Source of the DNA: Terriglobia bacterium
Lineage (GTDB): Bacteria; Acidobacteriota; Terriglobia; UBA7540; JAPUME01
Reading direction: 5' to 3'
Length of the DNA stretch: 64,000 bases
NCBI GenBank assembly: GCA_965237895.1
Contig: CBDEGR010000001.1
Span: forward strand, 476,287-540,286
Positions 56,319 to 64,000 of the stretch are shown here, in pieces; the stretch's first letter is position 1, and each line of letters opens with the position of its first letter. A program made the position numbers and the translations under genes. The notes under the pieces were generated by a model. That model worked only from the letters and a program-made list of their open reading frames with translations, was not told the origin of the DNA and made no database searches.

Positions 56319-57044
56319 CTACCCGCCCAGCAGGTCCAGCACCTGGGGCAGCTTGTAGCGCGCGCAGGTGAAGATGGGCGTATCGCGCAGCGTATAGAGG
56401 CTTCCCTGGGACCCGCGCAACTCCATCACCAGATCAAGAAAATCCTGCGGCTTGTCGGATTCGAAGGCGAGGACGAACTCCTGGTCGTCGAGCCCGAACG
56501 AATAGGTGGTATTCAAGCGGACCGTCGGGTACTTGTGGCCGATGCGGATGTGCTCGTCCATCATCTTTTGGCGCTCCTCTTGCGAGAGCAGGTACCAGGC
56601 CCGGGTCTTTAAAAAAGGGTAGATGAAGAGGAACTTGAATTCCCCGGGATGGAGTTTTACTCGGCGGCCCTCCTGGCCTGCGTGCACGTGCTTGTCGACG
56701 TAGATGGACCGCTTCGTCATGGCCAGGTAGGAGTACGGCACGGACATGAATTTTCCCAGGCCCGTAGCCAGCAGCTCGGCGGTCATCTTCTGGAACAGTT
56801 CCAGGTCGTAACCGATGCGCCACAGCATCACTTCCGCATCGCCCCGAATCCCCACCAGAGAGTAGGGAATCATCAGCAGGGACTTTTCATACTTTTTGAC
56901 GACTTTGGCGAAATCTTTTTTCCCCTGGGCGCGTTGCCGGGCCGGGAGGCGGCGCCAAGCCGGGTCCACCTTAAATAAAATGAAATTGACGAATTGCTGC
57001 CGGTCGTCGGGCGCGGAAAAATGGGTGAGTTTTTCTTTCGCCAA
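56319..57044 (-). CDS. Chlorite-dismutase-family protein (HemQ/ChdC-like coproheme decarboxylase)
   Basis: 241 aa with a typical Cld-like sequence (...FLFIYPFLKTRAWYLLSQEERQKMMDEHIRIGHKY...). TTG start after AAGGAGAT. Confidence 0.8.
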   Translation of the reverse strand: MAKEKLTHFSAPDDRQQFVNFILFKVDPAWRRLPARQRAQGKKDFAKVVKKYEKSLLMIPYSLVGIRGDAEVMLWRIGYDLELFQKMTAELLATGLGKFMSVPYSYLAMTKRSIYVDKHVHAGQEGRRVKLHPGEFKFLFIYPFLKTRAWYLLSQEERQKMMDEHIRIGHKYPTVRLNTTYSFGLDDQEFVLAFESDKPQDFLDLVMELRGSQGSLYTLRDTPIFTCARYKLPQVLDLLGG

Positions 57045-57189
57045 GGCGGATTATCTCCTTTGTCGGTTTGGTTGCTGGGGACCTGAAGCGAGGCCCGAGC
57101 CTGTGATCCAGACAAACTTTAAATATACCACAAACGGGGGAGAGGGCCGGCCCGCTTGAGGGTCTAAGGGTTGTGATGTCTCGCACATC

Positions 57190-57840
57190 TTAACTGCTGA
57201 AGGGGCTGCCGGAGGCCATCTCATCGAGCAGCTGGCGGAAGGCTTGGCCGCGGTGGGAGACGGCAAATTTCTCCTCCGGCGTCAACTCCGCGAAGGTCCG
57301 ATTCAGCGGTTCGTAGAAAAAGTAGGGGTCGTAGCCGAACCCGCCCCGGCCGCGCGGCTTATCGAGAATTACGCCGTCCACGCGGCCCTCGAAAGTCGTA
57401 ACCACCTTGCCCTGCCGCCCCACGGCGATGACACAGACGTAATAAGCGCGGCGGTCTTCCGTTTCGGCCAGCTCCTGCAACAGTTTTCGGTTGTTCGCAT
57501 CGTCAACGGGTATCGTCTCGGAGGCGGCCTCAAGGCCTGCGAAACGCGCCGACCGGATGCCCGGCGCCCCATCCAGTGCCGGAACACAGATTCCCGAATC
57601 ATCGGCGAATACCGGCTTCTCCGGGCAAAAGCGCCCGTAGTGGATGGCTTTCTTGCAGGCGTTCTCCGCAAAGCTCTTTCCGTCCTCTTCGCAGTGCGGA
57701 AGGCGCTTGAAGTCGGGAACCGCCTCTACCACCCAGCCGAAGTCGGCGGCGGCATGGCGGAACTCGCGAAGTTTTCCGGGATTCCCGGAAGCAAGGTAGA
57801 GAAGAGGAGCGCCCGAGTCTCGTCGAGCGGGTTTAGCCAT
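57190..57840 (-). CDS. rdgB: Non-canonical purine NTP pyrophosphatase (RdgB/HAM1)
   Basis: [49 protein letters not shown]. It overlaps the rph stop by 8 nt. Confidence 0.9.
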   Translation of the reverse strand: MAKPARRDSGAPLLYLASGNPGKLREFRHAAADFGWVVEAVPDFKRLPHCEEDGKSFAENACKKAIHYGRFCPEKPVFADDSGICVPALDGAPGIRSARFAGLEAASETIPVDDANNRKLLQELAETEDRRAYYVCVIAVGRQGKVVTTFEGRVDGVILDKPRGRGGFGYDPYFFYEPLNRTFAELTPEEKFAVSHRGQAFRQLLDEMASGSPFSS

Positions 57841-58654
57841 TTTCCGGAAGGTCCAATTGCAGCACGTCTTGTTGCAGCTTCTTGAGTTCTTGAATACCCT
57901 TTCGGGCTAGTTCAATCAGGCCGTTCATCTCCTCCTGTGAGAAGGTGCGCCCTTCGGCGGTCGCTTGAACTTCGATCAGACGGTCCGAGCCGGTCATGAC
58001 GACGTTCATATCCACCTCGGCGTTTGAGTCCTCCGGGTAGTCGAGGTCGAGCAGCGTTTCTGCGCCCACCAGCCCGACGCTGATGGCGGCAATGGTATCT
58101 ATTAAAGGAATCTTTTTGAAAACTTTGTTTTCTTTGGCCTTTTGGCATGCCAGAGCCAGGGCGACGAAAGCGCCGGTGATCGATGCCGTGCGCGTGCCGC
58201 CGTCGGCGCGGATGACGTCGCAGTCGATCCAGAAGGTGCGTTCGCCTAGGGCTTCCATGTCCGTCACGGCGCGCAGAGAGCGTCCGATCAGCCGTTGGAT
58301 TTCGTGCGTGCGTCCCCCTTGCCGCCCGCGGGCCGCCTCGCGCGGCGTACGGCTGCCGGTGGCCCGCGGAATCATGCCGTATTCGCAGGTGACCCATCCT
58401 TTTCCTTGGCCTTTAAGGAATCCGGGGACCGATTCTTGGAGCGAGGCGGTGCAGATGACTTGCGTCTCTCCGACGCGGATCAGAACCGAGCCTTCGGCCG
58501 AGGAGATGAAGTGCGGCTCGATGCGGACAGGCCGCATTTGGTCGTTCGTGCGGTCTCCGCTCCGCACCACCTTTCCTTGCTCGTAGAGCAGACCTTCAAC
58601 CCGGGTGGGAAATTTCGCCAATGTTCGTACCCCTCCGTTGGGAAAATGGACCAC
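57833..58654 (-). CDS. rph: Ribonuclease PH
   Basis: [64 protein letters not shown]. The true start is probably an internal GTG near 58567-58570 ([14 protein letters not shown]). Confidence 0.9.
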   Translation of the reverse strand: MVHFPNGGVRTLAKFPTRVEGLLYEQGKVVRSGDRTNDQMRPVRIEPHFISSAEGSVLIRVGETQVICTASLQESVPGFLKGQGKGWVTCEYGMIPRATGSRTPREAARGRQGGRTHEIQRLIGRSLRAVTDMEALGERTFWIDCDVIRADGGTRTASITGAFVALALACQKAKENKVFKKIPLIDTIAAISVGLVGAETLLDLDYPEDSNAEVDMNVVMTGSDRLIEVQATAEGRTFSQEEMNGLIELARKGIQELKKLQQDVLQLDLPENG

Positions 58655-58793
58655 CCCGGCAACGGATCTTGCCGGGTCGCTTTCCTTGGGACTGGAACTA
58701 TTATGAGGCCAACAGGGCGCTGTGCGCCAGAGAAGTTATCGGTGGGGAGGGATTCGGGAAGGGAACCCGGTATTTCGATATCCAACCGCCGAG

Positions 58794-59381
58794 TTATTCC
58801 ACCCAACGGGGATCGGGGGAATAGGCGCGGGTAAGGTCAATATGCCCTGCCAGCGTTTCAACTTCTTTCCCTTCCAGCAGAATTCTGACCTGACGGAGAG
58901 GCCGGATGTTGACGGCCAGCGTGTTGACGATGGAGAAGACGGCCAGAGTCTCCGCTTCGATTCCCGAAGAGAATCCGGCCGGGAACGGATTGCCGAAGTC
59001 CACGTAGAGGGTGCCGTCCGTGGTCAGGAAGATGGCTCGGATTTCAATCCGCAAGGGAATGACGCTGCGCAGACCCGAACGGGAGCCTTCCTTCAACGCC
59101 AGCAGAAGTTGGGTGGCGCGGTCCGGCGCGGTGGGAGCCAAAGGAAGCGTCCTCTCTTCCTTCCGGAGCCGCCCGCCGAGAGGGGCGGGGAAGTAGAGGT
59201 CCACGGTCTCCGGCTCGCTCGAGTTCACCTCCAGAATGAACTGGCGCAATTCGGTCCGGGCCTCAGCTGGGGGAAGCTCCGGCAACTCGGACAACCGTCG
59301 GGTCAAGGAGCGCAGATAGAGAAAGCTGCCCAGGGAGACGGCCAGAACGCTCAAGATCAATAGTTTCATTCCCGTTGACAA
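58794..59381 (-). CDS. GerMN-domain protein
   Basis: Signal anchor, then ...VDLYFPAP..., ...TLYVDFGNPF..., ...VRILLEGKEVETLAGHIDL... (GerMN pattern). It lies downstream of the amidase gene, as in many bacteria. Confidence 0.7.
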   Translation of the reverse strand: MSTGMKLLILSVLAVSLGSFLYLRSLTRRLSELPELPPAEARTELRQFILEVNSSEPETVDLYFPAPLGGRLRKEERTLPLAPTAPDRATQLLLALKEGSRSGLRSVIPLRIEIRAIFLTTDGTLYVDFGNPFPAGFSSGIEAETLAVFSIVNTLAVNIRPLRQVRILLEGKEVETLAGHIDLTRAYSPDPRWVE

Positions 59382-59390
59382 AAGTTTCTC

Positions 59391-60854
59391 CTAGGGAGAG
59401 AAATTTTCCGTGGCCCGCACCACGGCCTGGGAAATTTGGCGGATCACGGTTCGATTTCTCAGCCAAGCGCCGTCTTCACCGGACGAAAAATTGCCGGCTT
59501 CGATGACGACGGCAGGAGCGTTAATTCCTTCGAGCAACCGGACCGGCGTGCGAAGCGGTTGCCGCGTATGGAATCCGCGAATTTCGGAAAATTCCTTCTG
59601 CAACATCAGCGCCAGGCGGAGGCTGCCCGAAAGGCGGTGCTCCTGGACCTCATTCCAGGGGATCAAGGAGAGTTTGTCCCGCCTCGGAAGCTTCACGTCC
59701 CGGAACGGAGCCTGAAAGATGTGCGGCGTGAGGGTGCGGGAGGCGGGGCCGGTGTCCCCGGCATGAAAGCTCAAGAAGAGCAGAGCGGGGGCGGTGTTGG
59801 CCTTCACCTGCCGCTGCTCGAGGGTACGCTGCTCACCTTGGTTGCGAGTGAGAAGGACGCGGTAACGTCCGGTCGCCAGCAGTTCGAGCCGGACACGGTC
59901 AGCCACGCGCCAAGTCCAATCCTTTTCCGCGACGCCGTCCTTACTGCGGACTCCGAAGTCCGGCCCGCCGTGGCCCGGGTCGAGAACGATGGTCGGGAGC
60001 GAAGGGTCCGGGTGCTGGGGCGTGGAGGTGAGGGGAAAGGGAGACTCGCCGGCCACCGGCTCCGGCGTCCCCCGAGCGTCGAGGATCAGCACGCTTCCTT
60101 TGCTCACCACGGACGGCGACAAATGAATGTCGCCGGGCGCCGGGGTCAGGATCAGTTTCGGGATGCCGTCCTGGTCGTCGAATTTCAGGTTTTTTAGCAG
60201 AGGGCTCTCGAAGTCGTAACGTTCGCGCGGAGGGTTGAACGGCTCGTTTCCCAACAGGAAGACCCATTGGCCGGGAGCGGCCAGCCTCTGCACGACGACC
60301 GGCCGGAGGAATTGCAGCGTCAGCCGTGCCTGGTCCCGGGCAGGGTCGAACCGCAGGCGGAAGGAATTCGGCGTCACCTTTCCCACAAAGCAACGGGGAG
60401 AGCCCTTGGAGTAAACTACCGGTCCGGCCACCAATCGCGGTAACACATCGTCAAGAAAGGAGAGAGGAATCCACCAACCTTCTGAGTTTCGGATCACGTT
60501 GGAACTTAACCGTACCCGCTCACGGCCGATGCGGACCCGCTGACGGCGAGCCCGGAAGATCAGTTGACGCCGATTGAGGCGAAGAGAAAGCCTTCCGCGC
60601 GCTTCGTTCCTCTCCGTTACCGTGCCGAGGAGGCGGAGTGTATCTTCAAGCGGCAGCAGCCGATTTCCTTTGATTTGCCGCAGAGGAAGTACTTCCCGGT
60701 GGGTGGAGAAGTAAAAGACAAAGGTCTTGCGGTCCGGCGCGGAGGCGGGAATCGAGGAGAGGAGCCATACCAGCAGAAGAGCGGCACGAAGGACGGAGCC
60801 TGCCGGTCGGAACCGTTTCTGCCGGCAGTATTTCTGTTGGGAAAGATTCTTCAT
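59391..60854 (-). CDS. N-acetylmuramoyl-L-alanine amidase (Amidase_3, AmiC-like)
   Basis: The C-terminal domain has IVLDPGHGGPDFG...EKDWTWRVADRV...LLTRN...ALLFLSFHAG...AVVIEAGNFS. An N-terminal signal peptide is present. Confidence 0.85.
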   Translation of the reverse strand: MKNLSQQKYCRQKRFRPAGSVLRAALLLVWLLSSIPASAPDRKTFVFYFSTHREVLPLRQIKGNRLLPLEDTLRLLGTVTERNEARGRLSLRLNRRQLIFRARRQRVRIGRERVRLSSNVIRNSEGWWIPLSFLDDVLPRLVAGPVVYSKGSPRCFVGKVTPNSFRLRFDPARDQARLTLQFLRPVVVQRLAAPGQWVFLLGNEPFNPPRERYDFESPLLKNLKFDDQDGIPKLILTPAPGDIHLSPSVVSKGSVLILDARGTPEPVAGESPFPLTSTPQHPDPSLPTIVLDPGHGGPDFGVRSKDGVAEKDWTWRVADRVRLELLATGRYRVLLTRNQGEQRTLEQRQVKANTAPALLFLSFHAGDTGPASRTLTPHIFQAPFRDVKLPRRDKLSLIPWNEVQEHRLSGSLRLALMLQKEFSEIRGFHTRQPLRTPVRLLEGINAPAVVIEAGNFSSGEDGAWLRNRTVIRQISQAVVRATENFSP

Positions 60855-60892
60855 GATGGATTGCTATCGATTCGTCCTTGCACCCAAGAGTC

Positions 60893-61633
60893 TTACCGGG
60901 ATTTCTTGGGAAGGTATTCCACGGCTTGCACTTGTGTGAGATTGACTCTCTTCGAGAAGAAATCCTTCCCGTCGCGGGACAAAATCATCCAAAGGTTTCC
61001 TGTTTCTGAGAGCAGGCGAATCGAGCAGGAGACGATCTCCTGCGCGCGCATCATGAAAGTTCGATTTCCGAACCCGTTGTCGGAAATCTCCCGTTCGTCG
61101 ATTTCGCCGTTGCTGAGCCGGAACCCGCACGTGCCTTTGAACTTTGCAGGACCGTCCGACCCGAAGCTCATCACCAGCACGGAAAGCGCGGCATCCTTCA
61201 CCTCCACATCGGCGACGCGCTTGTCGACAAGACCGGGCAGCAAGAAGCGGCCTTGGTGAATTCCATAAGGAAAAGTTGTCTTCCCGCCGTTCAAGCTCAC
61301 CAAACCCGCGTGCGGCACATTGGGACGATACTCGACCCCGTTCAGAACATATTTCGGGCGATGGTCGGCGGGCAGAGGCTTCAAGGCGATGGGGGGGTTC
61401 TTCTTTTTCGCCAGCATGGGGATGGCCCGGTTCTTGTACATTTCGAGCGTTTTTTCGTCCGTTCCCTCGAAATAGTAAAGGCCGGTCAGCGCGGCAATTC
61501 GTTCCCTCTCCGTGTCGTGAGAGAAGGCTTTCTTTAAGGTGTCGAGAAATTCCTCTTTTGAAGTCTGAGCTTGAGACGGTAGGGGCGAGAGCGCGGCGAG
61601 AAGAACAGGAATCAACAAAAGGCGAGGGAACAT
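60893..61633 (-). CDS. Secreted hypothetical protein (246 aa)
   Basis: The preferred start is MFPRLLLIPVLLAALSPLPSQAQ at 61633. I chose this frame over the overlapping 322-aa Arg/Pro/Ser-rich frame. No family recognised. Confidence 0.55.
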   Translation of the reverse strand: MFPRLLLIPVLLAALSPLPSQAQTSKEEFLDTLKKAFSHDTERERIAALTGLYYFEGTDEKTLEMYKNRAIPMLAKKKNPPIALKPLPADHRPKYVLNGVEYRPNVPHAGLVSLNGGKTTFPYGIHQGRFLLPGLVDKRVADVEVKDAALSVLVMSFGSDGPAKFKGTCGFRLSNGEIDEREISDNGFGNRTFMMRAQEIVSCSIRLLSETGNLWMILSRDGKDFFSKRVNLTQVQAVEYLPKKSR

Positions 61634-61958
61634 CCGAACCCTCCTCCGGGCCGGGTCGCGACGTGCCGGTCCGGAGTATACCAAAAATTCCGCCAGGTGA
61701 AGTGGAAGGGGATGAGGGAAGAGTAGGTGTTTCAAAGAGCGGCAAATCACTGCAAAACGGCCGTTCGGTTCTGATTCTCCAAATCCAAAAGATATTTTTT
61801 CTACTGCGCAGCATGCCTTCATTGGGTGTCATTATTTCTTCACGGAAAAACCCGATATGCAGGAAATATACGGAAAAAGCGGGGAATCATCACATTCCGT
61901 GCGAAAGCCGTGCTCCCCGACCGCTCATCTGCGGAAGTCGGGTTCTTCAACTAAGTGA

Positions 61959-62310
61959 TGGTGGAGGCGGGGGGAGTCGAACCCCCGTCCGAGAAGCGTT
62001 GCCTTGAAGAGCCTACATACTTATCCGGTTCATCATAGATTCGCGGAAGGCCCTAAAGAACCGGCAAGGGGGAGCCTTCCACTAGCCTGGGAAATCTCAC
62101 TCTGAGCCCTCAGACGGCAGGACCAGAACCAGCCCGCGAATCGACGCCTCACATCCGCACAGCGGGCCGAGCGGAGGAGACGCGCTACTTAATTAAGCAG
62201 CGAGTGCAAACTGCTGATTGGCAGTTGTGTTAAGCCCATCCGATTACGGGAGGATGGAGACCGGTATGCCTCTTCAAACCAAGGACTTCCGTCGAAGCCG
62301 GTGCGCCCCC
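61959..62310 (-). ncRNA. ssrA: tmRNA (SsrA), tag peptide ANQQFALAA
   Basis: The minus strand 5' end is GGGGGCGCACCGGCTTCGACGGAAG. The 3' end is GGACGGGGGTTCGACTCCCCCCGCCTCCACCA (T-arm, acceptor and CCA, with G3:U). The tag ORF is GCC AAT CAG CAG TTT GCA CTC GCT GCT TAA at 62222-62193, followed by a second in-frame TAA. Confidence 0.92.
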
Positions 62311-62321
62311 TTTCCATTTCC

Positions 62322-62350
62322 AGCCTACCTTTGGGGGTAGACCTTGTCAA
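62322..62350 (-). promoter_or_regulatory. Candidate ssrA promoter
   Basis: On the minus strand: TTGACA (62350-62345), a 17-nt spacer, then TAGGCT (62327-62322), 11 nt before the tmRNA 5' G. Confidence 0.4.
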
Positions 62351-62435
62351 GTAAGGTAGCCGTGTAAGCGAAGCGGGCAGGGGGACGGCATCTCGGAAAG
62401 CTGAGAAAAACGGGGAGGAAATGGGCTGCGGTTGC

Positions 62436-62822
62436 TCAGTTTACCATATAGGCGCGCCGCGCCGCCTTGTTTATGTCGTCGCGAAACGTGACCAGATCCA
62501 TGAGGATGCTGGCAAACTTTCTCTTTTCCCGCAGATCGAGGCCGCATCCGCCCGTCGCCACGCTGGTGATTCGCAGGCTGGAGTCCACGACGAAACGGAT
62601 CACTTCATCCTCGATCTCTCGAGTGATGACCTGCCTCTTGGTTATTTTGATGAAACGGTCCAACTCGGCCTCGATGACTTCCATGAAGTGCAGAAAGCAT
62701 CGCTGCTCGCTGTTCAGAGATTCCGGTATCTTACGGCAACAGATTTGGCACCGTCCGGCGGATGCTTCCTGATTTTTTTCCAGCCGAACAGGTTCGCTAA
62801 GACCAGACACAGCCCCCTCCAT
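62436..62822 (-). CDS. Hypothetical protein (128 aa)
   Basis: Track ORF. Its helical charged sequence (IEAELDRFIKITKRQVITREIEDEVIRFVV) and a CQICC...C cluster are more protein-like than the overlapping plus-strand ORF. No family recognised. Confidence 0.4.
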   Translation of the reverse strand: MEGAVSGLSEPVRLEKNQEASAGRCQICCRKIPESLNSEQRCFLHFMEVIEAELDRFIKITKRQVITREIEDEVIRFVVDSSLRITSVATGGCGLDLREKRKFASILMDLVTFRDDINKAARRAYMVN

Positions 62823-63138
62823 ACGGTAAAGATCGGCCTAAAGTCGAACGGCCTTGATAACCTTCTTGGCGCAACAAAATAAAATGGTTAGCCTTATTAG
62901 AGCACTGCGGGGGGGTGGCTGGCAAGGCCTAATTCCAAGTTCGTAAACGCTTGCTCGACTCACTCGACACCCGTTATCAAGGCTTCCGAGGCCTCTGTCG
63001 CCCCCTGTACTACTGGGGACCACACTTAGATTTAATAAACCATTGGGGGAAAGCTGTCGAGAGTACTCAAGTACCGGAACGGGACGTGTGGAGGGAAAAT
63101 ATTTCCAACGCAGATTTCCCACCCCTCATCCATTACAT

Positions 63139-63549
63139 TTAACTATTAACTATTGCGTTGCGCCGGCTGCTCTCAGCAGTTGCTTGATTTGCCGCGTCTT
63201 TGCATGCTTCAAGGCTGTCCCGCCCGCCATATTCATCTTGAATATCGATCACCGCGCCGTTGGCCAGCAGGGCTTTCACGACCTCTTCGTTCCCCTCCTG
63301 AGACGCTATTATCAAGGCCGTCACACCATGTTGGGATTGGAGGTTGATCTTCGCGCCCTTAGTTAACAAGGTTTCCACGACCCCCTCGTGCCCTTGAGCG
63401 GACGCAATTATCAAGGCTGTTGGTAGGGTTTTACTTTGAAAGTCGATATTGGCGCCTTTCTCAACCAAGGTGCGAACTTGCGGAAGGTCTCCGGCAAAAG
63501 CAGCTTTCAGCAGGTCTTCATCGTCGCCGGCGTGAGCAACGGCTGACAT
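63139..63549 (-). CDS. Ankyrin-repeat protein
   Basis: There are three or four ANK repeats: GDLPQVRTLVEKGANIDFQSK..PTALIIASAQGHEGVVETLLTKGAKINLQSQHGVTALIIASQEGNEEVVKALLANGAVIDIQ. The start is ambiguous (63549 at MSAVAHA, or up to 63738). Confidence 0.7.
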   Translation of the reverse strand: MSAVAHAGDDEDLLKAAFAGDLPQVRTLVEKGANIDFQSKTLPTALIIASAQGHEGVVETLLTKGAKINLQSQHGVTALIIASQEGNEEVVKALLANGAVIDIQDEYGGRDSLEACKDAANQATAESSRRNAIVNS

Positions 63550-63740
63550 GAGGATCAAGGCCGTTATTCCCCGGCTGAAACGATCGTTGGACTTAGTAGA
63601 ACGGACATGATTAAATTGCTTGATTAAGTGTAATCTTGCTCGAGTATGGAACCATTCTGGTTGTGAAACACGAAAAAGCCAAGCTACAGTCTCCCAAGGC
63701 CGCCCCGGTGCATCGCTTGGTCCAATCCTATCTGACACGG

Positions 63741-64000
63741 ATGGGAATAGGAAATTCGAGAAAATGGGAAGATTTCTGGCATCGTCTGCAAAAGACCCAC
63801 GGGGATGTCGCCTTAGCGCTTGTTGAGGCTATGCGTCTCACGGAGCAAGGCGAATCGGTCAATGTATACTCAATAAAGAACAGTACGCTTGCTTTTAGCT
63901 TGGATGTGGCCTCGCAGTACATGGGTAGTCTCTACAGAAGCTATCTCACTTGGTTTGTGAATCAGCGACTTCCGACCCCCTCTAGACTTCTCGACATCGG
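63741..64000 (+). CDS. Partial CDS running off the right edge; possible class I SAM-dependent methyltransferase N-terminus
   Basis: Not in the track because it has no stop in the window. The frame is open from 63624. It reads MGIGNSRKWEDFWHRLQKTHGDVALALVEAMRLTEQGESVNVYSIKNSTLAFSLDVASQYMGSLYRSYLTWFVNQRLPTPSRLLDIG. The end resembles the start of methyltransferase motif I (LLDIGcG). An upstream GTG at 63663 is an alternative start. Confidence 0.4.
   Translation, partial: MGIGNSRKWEDFWHRLQKTHGDVALALVEAMRLTEQGESVNVYSIKNSTLAFSLDVASQYMGSLYRSYLTWFVNQRLPTPSRLLDI

Noticed and set aside
60864-61832. A 322-aa minus-strand ORF overlapping the 309-aa ORF
   Set aside because: Its composition is Arg/Pro/Ser-rich with no signal peptide or motifs. 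The alternative frame has a clean signal peptide and balanced composition.
60893-61958. Genomic island integrated at the tmRNA 3' end
   Set aside because: There is no integrase and no repeat of the ssrA 3' end visible in the window. Only one secreted orphan gene lies there.

Overview
GC-rich bacterial chromosomal window. The gene content looks Acidobacteriota-like: TonB-dependent receptors with N-terminal carboxypeptidase-regulatory-like domains, a PSCyt/DUF1549/DUF1553 + DUF1501 pair, an SBBP-repeat surface protein, a Tat-signal Gfo/Idh/MocA oxidoreductase and DUF1080. 1-14000 is accessory. It holds a secreted beta-propeller/PHP-like gene that runs off the left edge and is absent from the ORF track, a decayed IS3-family element, a patch of gene stubs, and a locus of TonB-dependent receptor + GH33 sialidase + unknown Tat-exported protein. 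14045-21092 (minus strand) is a cobalamin-riboswitch-controlled B12 uptake/adenosylation operon that ends in a cobQ stub. 21-37 kb mixes acetoacetyl-CoA synthetase, acyl-CoA dehydrogenase remnants, the PSCyt/DUF1501 pair, an LsrF-like/Rpe-like/aldolase-SDR sugar-phosphate cluster, a sulfatase, DUF1080, and a frameshifted cyclase/HD-GYP chimera preceded by a ribbon-helix-helix (RHH) gene. 37-62 kb is mostly housekeeping: hppA, ubiD-family, pepP-accB-accC, thiE, AGCS symporter, nnr-tsaE, ispH, peroxiredoxin, nth, hemQ-like, rph-rdgB, amidase-GerMN and tmRNA. Two things stand out overall: at least eleven truncated, frameshifted or chimeric gene remnants, and several perfect short tandem duplications. 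I saw no CRISPR array, tRNA or rRNA gene. No complete novel multi-gene system can be proven from sequence alone. The best follow-up candidates are the PSCyt/DUF1501 pair, the orphan LsrF-like cluster, the sialidase-linked unknown protein and the left-edge gene pair. All family calls come from motif recognition by eye and need database confirmation.
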